A DNA stretch of 64,000 nucleotides from Candidatus Uhrbacteria bacterium RIFCSPLOWO2_01_FULL_47_17 (GTDB lineage: Bacteria > Patescibacteriota > Patescibacteriia > UBA9934 > GWF2-40-263), in contig MGEI01000004.1 in NCBI GenBank assembly GCA_001791305.1, positions 129,804 through 193,803 of the forward strand. Reading direction: 5' to 3'. Positions 60,685 through 64,000 of the stretch are shown here, piece by piece (within the stretch, counting starts at the first letter, position 1; the number at the start of each line of letters is the position of its first letter). The position numbers were made by a program, and so were the translations under genes. A model generated the notes under the pieces. It saw nothing but the letters and a program-made list of their open reading frames with translations. It was not told where the DNA came from and ran no database searches.

Positions 60685-61436
60685 AAAAGTCTCGCCCGAT
60701 CATTCAGGCAACCAATTTAACCTTTGTGCGGAACGATGAAGAAATTATTCACCATTTTTCGTTTGAAGTGAATGCGGGTGATTATGTTGGAGTGATTGGC
60801 CCAAATGGGGGAGGAAAAACCACACTGCTGCGACTGCTCCTCGGGCTTCTTGAGCCAACACAAGGGAAAATTCGTCTTCTCGACGGCTCACCTACGGATC
60901 GACATGTGCGAAGACAGGTCGGATACGTTGCGCAGCGCGGAGGAAATATTGACGCGCAGTTTCCGGCAACTGTCGAAGAAGTTGTGCGATCTGGTCGCAC
61001 AGCACGTCTTGGATTATTCGGACGCAGCTCGAAGAAAGACGAATTCGCCATCGCTCGCGCGATCGACATGATGAATATTGCATCACTTCTCGGCCGCCCA
61101 ATCGGAAAACTTTCCGGGGGAGAGCGTCAAAAGGTTTTACTTGCCCGTGCGCTTGCGGGGGAGCCGAAGATTTTATTTCTCGATGAACCGGTCGACGGAT
61201 TAGATCCAGCCTCGCGTGATGAGTTTTACGCGTTGCTTCGAAAATTAAACAAAGAGGGGCTCACGATTATCTCTGTCTCGCATGATGTTCATACCGTTGC
61301 AGAAGAAGCGCGCTCAGCGATTTGTTTGAAACATCAACTCGTTTGTCATGGTTCAAAAGCGTGTCTTATCGGCGAGGAAGAGTTGAAAGATCTGTTTCAC
61401 AAAGATCGCAAGGAATTGTTGCGTCATCATCACTAG
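60675..61436 (+). CDS. znuC: zinc ABC transporter ATP-binding protein
   Basis: GPNGGGKTTL, FPATVEEVV, LSGGERQ, LDEP, SHD. Confidence 0.88.
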   Translation: MPVKKSRPIIQATNLTFVRNDEEIIHHFSFEVNAGDYVGVIGPNGGGKTTLLRLLLGLLEPTQGKIRLLDGSPTDRHVRRQVGYVAQRGGNIDAQFPATVEEVVRSGRTARLGLFGRSSKKDEFAIARAIDMMNIASLLGRPIGKLSGGERQKVLLARALAGEPKILFLDEPVDGLDPASRDEFYALLRKLNKEGLTIISVSHDVHTVAEEARSAICLKHQLVCHGSKACLIGEEELKDLFHKDRKELLRHHH

Positions 61437-61437
61437 T

Positions 61438-62241
61438 ATGCTCGAAATACTTACCTTAGAATTCATGCGTCGCGCGTTTGCCGTTGGGCTCGTCGTCGCT
61501 CTTGTTGCGCCAACGATCGGATTGTTTTTCGTCGTGCGTCGATATAGTTCGATTGCAGATACCCTCGCACACGTCTCGCTTGCAGGTGTCGCGATCGCGC
61601 TTGTCACAGGACTCGCGGCTATTCCTACTGCACTTGTCGTCTCAATCATATCGGTTCTCGGTATTGAGAAGATGCGTGAACGCAAAACATTACCCGCTGA
61701 GACTATCGTCTCGTTGTTTCTTTTCGGTGGACTCGCACTTGGTGTTGTCCTTCTCGGCCTTGTTCGAGGGAAGAACGTGAATATCGTCAATTATTTGTTT
61801 GGAAATATTCTTACAGTCACGAATGCCGATATTCTTTCGGTCAGTCTCATCGGCGGCGCAGCATTTTTTATCGCCCTGATCCTTTGGCGCGCTCTGTTTG
61901 CTGTTTCTATCGATGAAGACACGGCGGAAGCAAATGGGCTTCCTGTAAAATGGCTCAATCGTCTTCTTGCGATCCTCGGCGCTGCAACGATTGCAATCTC
62001 GATGAATGTTGTGGGTGTTCTCCTGATTGGCGCGCTCATGGTCATTCCGGTTCTTGCGGCCATGCAGTTCAAAAAAGGTTTTCATACAACATGGGTCATT
62101 TCACTTTGTGTTTCGATCATCTCGGTTGTTGGCGGTCTTATGGCGTCGTATTATTTTAATCTCGCGAGCGGAGGAACGATCGTTCTTTGCACAATCGTCT
62201 GTTTTATTCTCGCGTCGATTTTTTCAAAAGCAACCGTATGA
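61438..62241 (+). CDS. znuB: zinc ABC transporter permease
   Basis: 'DTLAHVSLAG', 'YLFGNIL', 'VGVLLIGALMVIP'. Confidence 0.88.
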   Translation: MLEILTLEFMRRAFAVGLVVALVAPTIGLFFVVRRYSSIADTLAHVSLAGVAIALVTGLAAIPTALVVSIISVLGIEKMRERKTLPAETIVSLFLFGGLALGVVLLGLVRGKNVNIVNYLFGNILTVTNADILSVSLIGGAAFFIALILWRALFAVSIDEDTAEANGLPVKWLNRLLAILGAATIAISMNVVGVLLIGALMVIPVLAAMQFKKGFHTTWVISLCVSIISVVGGLMASYYFNLASGGTIVLCTIVCFILASIFSKATV

Positions 62242-62639
62242 AATTTAAACACGCGTTTTTTGCCATTCTGTTCGTTCTCGCTATTCATGGTGTTTTGATC
62301 CTGACACAAGGATACTACCACTTGAAGCAGATCGATATTCCCATGCACATCATGGGCGGATTCGCGATGGGTATGCTCGGACTTGCGATTCATCACCAAA
62401 TTTCGACGCGTCATCATAATAAAACCTCACCTTGGTGGTACCACTTCACCTTCGTGGTCGGATTCGCCATGCTGATCGGAGTTGGTTGGGAGTTTTATGA
62501 ATTTATTATGGATCAAACAGTCCATGTTTGGCTTCAACAACCCCTTTCGCAGCCATCGCTTGCGAACACTATGAAAGATTTGCTCGATGATTGGATCGGC
62601 GCCATGCTTGCATTCTGGATATTTCGTAAAAAGATTTAG
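62238..62639 (+). CDS. membrane protein
   Basis: 'DIPMHIMGG', 'GVGWEFYEF', 'TMKDLLDD..GA'. Confidence 0.75.
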   Translation: MKFKHAFFAILFVLAIHGVLILTQGYYHLKQIDIPMHIMGGFAMGMLGLAIHHQISTRHHNKTSPWWYHFTFVVGFAMLIGVGWEFYEFIMDQTVHVWLQQPLSQPSLANTMKDLLDDWIGAMLAFWIFRKKI

Positions 62640-62679
62640 TGCTTTTCTCGGTTGTGGATCTGTGATAGGATTTGTTCAT

Positions 62680-63009
62680 ATGAAGTCTCTCAGCCTCTTC
62701 ATTCTTGCTGCCACGTTGTTTATCGGCCTCACGTTTGCCGGTAATGCTTTTTTTGGCATGGATCATGGAATGGAGATGGGCAGTGTTGAGTGTGTGAATC
62801 ATTGTTTGAGTACGTTTGTCTTTCCGGCTGTATCCTCGAGTGCACTTCCATTAATTCTGTTTGTTGCATTCTCGATTGCGCTCGCATTACGATCTATGGG
62901 CGGGTCACGACCCGCCTCTACGAATCCGATGCAGTACAATCGTCTAACCGAACCGATCGGTTTATTGTTGCGTTCCAGAAAATTATCACCCGTCATGATT
63001 CGGGATTAA
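62680..63009 (+). CDS. small Met/His/Cys-rich membrane protein, possibly metal-binding
   Basis: 'GMDHGMEMGSVECVNHC' between two TM segments; upstream of a metal-associated gene. Confidence 0.6.
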   Translation: MKSLSLFILAATLFIGLTFAGNAFFGMDHGMEMGSVECVNHCLSTFVFPAVSSSALPLILFVAFSIALALRSMGGSRPASTNPMQYNRLTEPIGLLLRSRKLSPVMIRD

Positions 63010-63055
63010 ACCAAGCGGCTGATTTTTTTAAGTCATCTAGTTTGGTTTTTGTTTT

Positions 63056-64000
63056 ATGGAAAATATCACATTTATTTCAGCCCTCATTCTGGGCTTGGTT
63101 GCCGGAAGTTCCTCTTGTCTTGCTGTTTCCGGGGGGCTTTTGTTGTCGGTCGTCGGAAAAGCCCACGATCGTCTCGGTTCGATGTCCAAAAGCTCACGCT
63201 TACAATTCACCTGGATGTTTGTTATTGGTCGAATCGCGTCATATACGATCCTTGGCGGACTCATCGGCTTTCTTGGTTCTACGTTTTCGTTCTCACCTCT
63301 TGCAACAGGCGCTATTACGCTCCTTGCTGCCGCATACATGATTATTGCCGGCCTCGAGATGCTCGAGTTGTCACCGAACTGGTTAAAGTGTGCGATCCCT
63401 CGTCCGCCAAAATGGCTCTCGAATAAAATTCTTGACGCAGATGGAAATCCAAATCGATTTGCTCCACTTCTCCTTGGTGCTGCGACATTCTTTTTGCCAT
63501 GTGGCTTCACACAATCTCTTCAGATTTACGCTCTCACAACCGCAAGTTTTACAACCGGTGCGATGGTTCTTGGTGCGTTTGCGATCGGAACCTCTCCTGC
63601 GCTTCTGGCGCTTGGGTATGCTTCCGGCGCACTAAAGGGAAAAACAGGGAAGTATGTTTTGAAACTCGCTGGCGTATTTATTTTGTACCTTGCGATTGGA
63701 AATGTTCAAAATGGGCTAACATTGCTTGGTCACCCAATTGATTTTGTTTCTGCGGCTCCTTCGAGTGGTTATCGCGTGGTGTCTCCTCTCGATGAGACCA
63801 ACGGGACAAATAAGACTAATTTGCCCGCCGTTGTAAACGGTGTGCAACAAATGAAGCTTCAACTCACAAACACCGCGCCGTTTTATGCACCAGCAAATCC
63901 TACGGTGGTTGCAGGCAAACCGGTTCGTCTTGAAGTTGAAGGATCGGCCGGTGGATGCCGAAGTGTTTTTCAAATTCCGGGTCTTGGCGTTCAATTGTCT
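63056..64000 (+). CDS. DsbD_2/TauE-like membrane protein with C-terminal cupredoxin-like domain (3' partial, not in ORF track)
   Basis: MENITFISALILGLVAGSSSCLAVSGG..., GAATFFLPCGFTQSLQIYAL, 'VVAGKPVRL...GC...FQIPGLGV'; no stop seen before the window end. Confidence 0.8.
   Translation, partial: MENITFISALILGLVAGSSSCLAVSGGLLLSVVGKAHDRLGSMSKSSRLQFTWMFVIGRIASYTILGGLIGFLGSTFSFSPLATGAITLLAAAYMIIAGLEMLELSPNWLKCAIPRPPKWLSNKILDADGNPNRFAPLLLGAATFFLPCGFTQSLQIYALTTASFTTGAMVLGAFAIGTSPALLALGYASGALKGKTGKYVLKLAGVFILYLAIGNVQNGLTLLGHPIDFVSAAPSSGYRVVSPLDETNGTNKTNLPAVVNGVQQMKLQLTNTAPFYAPANPTVVAGKPVRLEVEGSAGGCRSVFQIPGLGVQLS

Overview
This 64 kb window is bacterial chromosome read with the standard code. Gene content and style suggest Patescibacteria/CPR, possibly ABY1/Uhrbacteria-like (inference only): murD/murE, ftsEX, lepA, recJ, pilM and a pilin, ligA, gatCA, lgt, dnaG-rpoD, uppS, znuACB and many SD-less starts. 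There are four tRNA genes: Thr-CGT, Gln-TTG, Ser-GGA, and Asn-GTT split at anticodon position 35/36 by a 279-nt group I intron. The least explained signal is a pair of hairpin-rich, apparently non-coding transcription units 28 kb apart (about 12481-12910 and 40314-40790). They share a repeated GAACGC-GAGCGU-GAAA-ACGCUC-AA module and a covarying terminal hairpin (GATC-CTCAYCC-GATC). One of them follows an uncalled 47-aa basic zinc-finger-like microprotein. Other features are a 6S-like rod RNA candidate, a structured leader before an HD (alarmone-hydrolase-like) gene, a stand-alone 42-aa hyperacidic peptide, Fic and RelE-type toxin-antitoxin pairs, GTAG-type REP elements (some in frame in genes), an AT-rich accessory block after tRNA-Asn, and two contrasting promoter/translation-start architectures. 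All calls come from reading the sequence by eye; no searches or folding programs were run.
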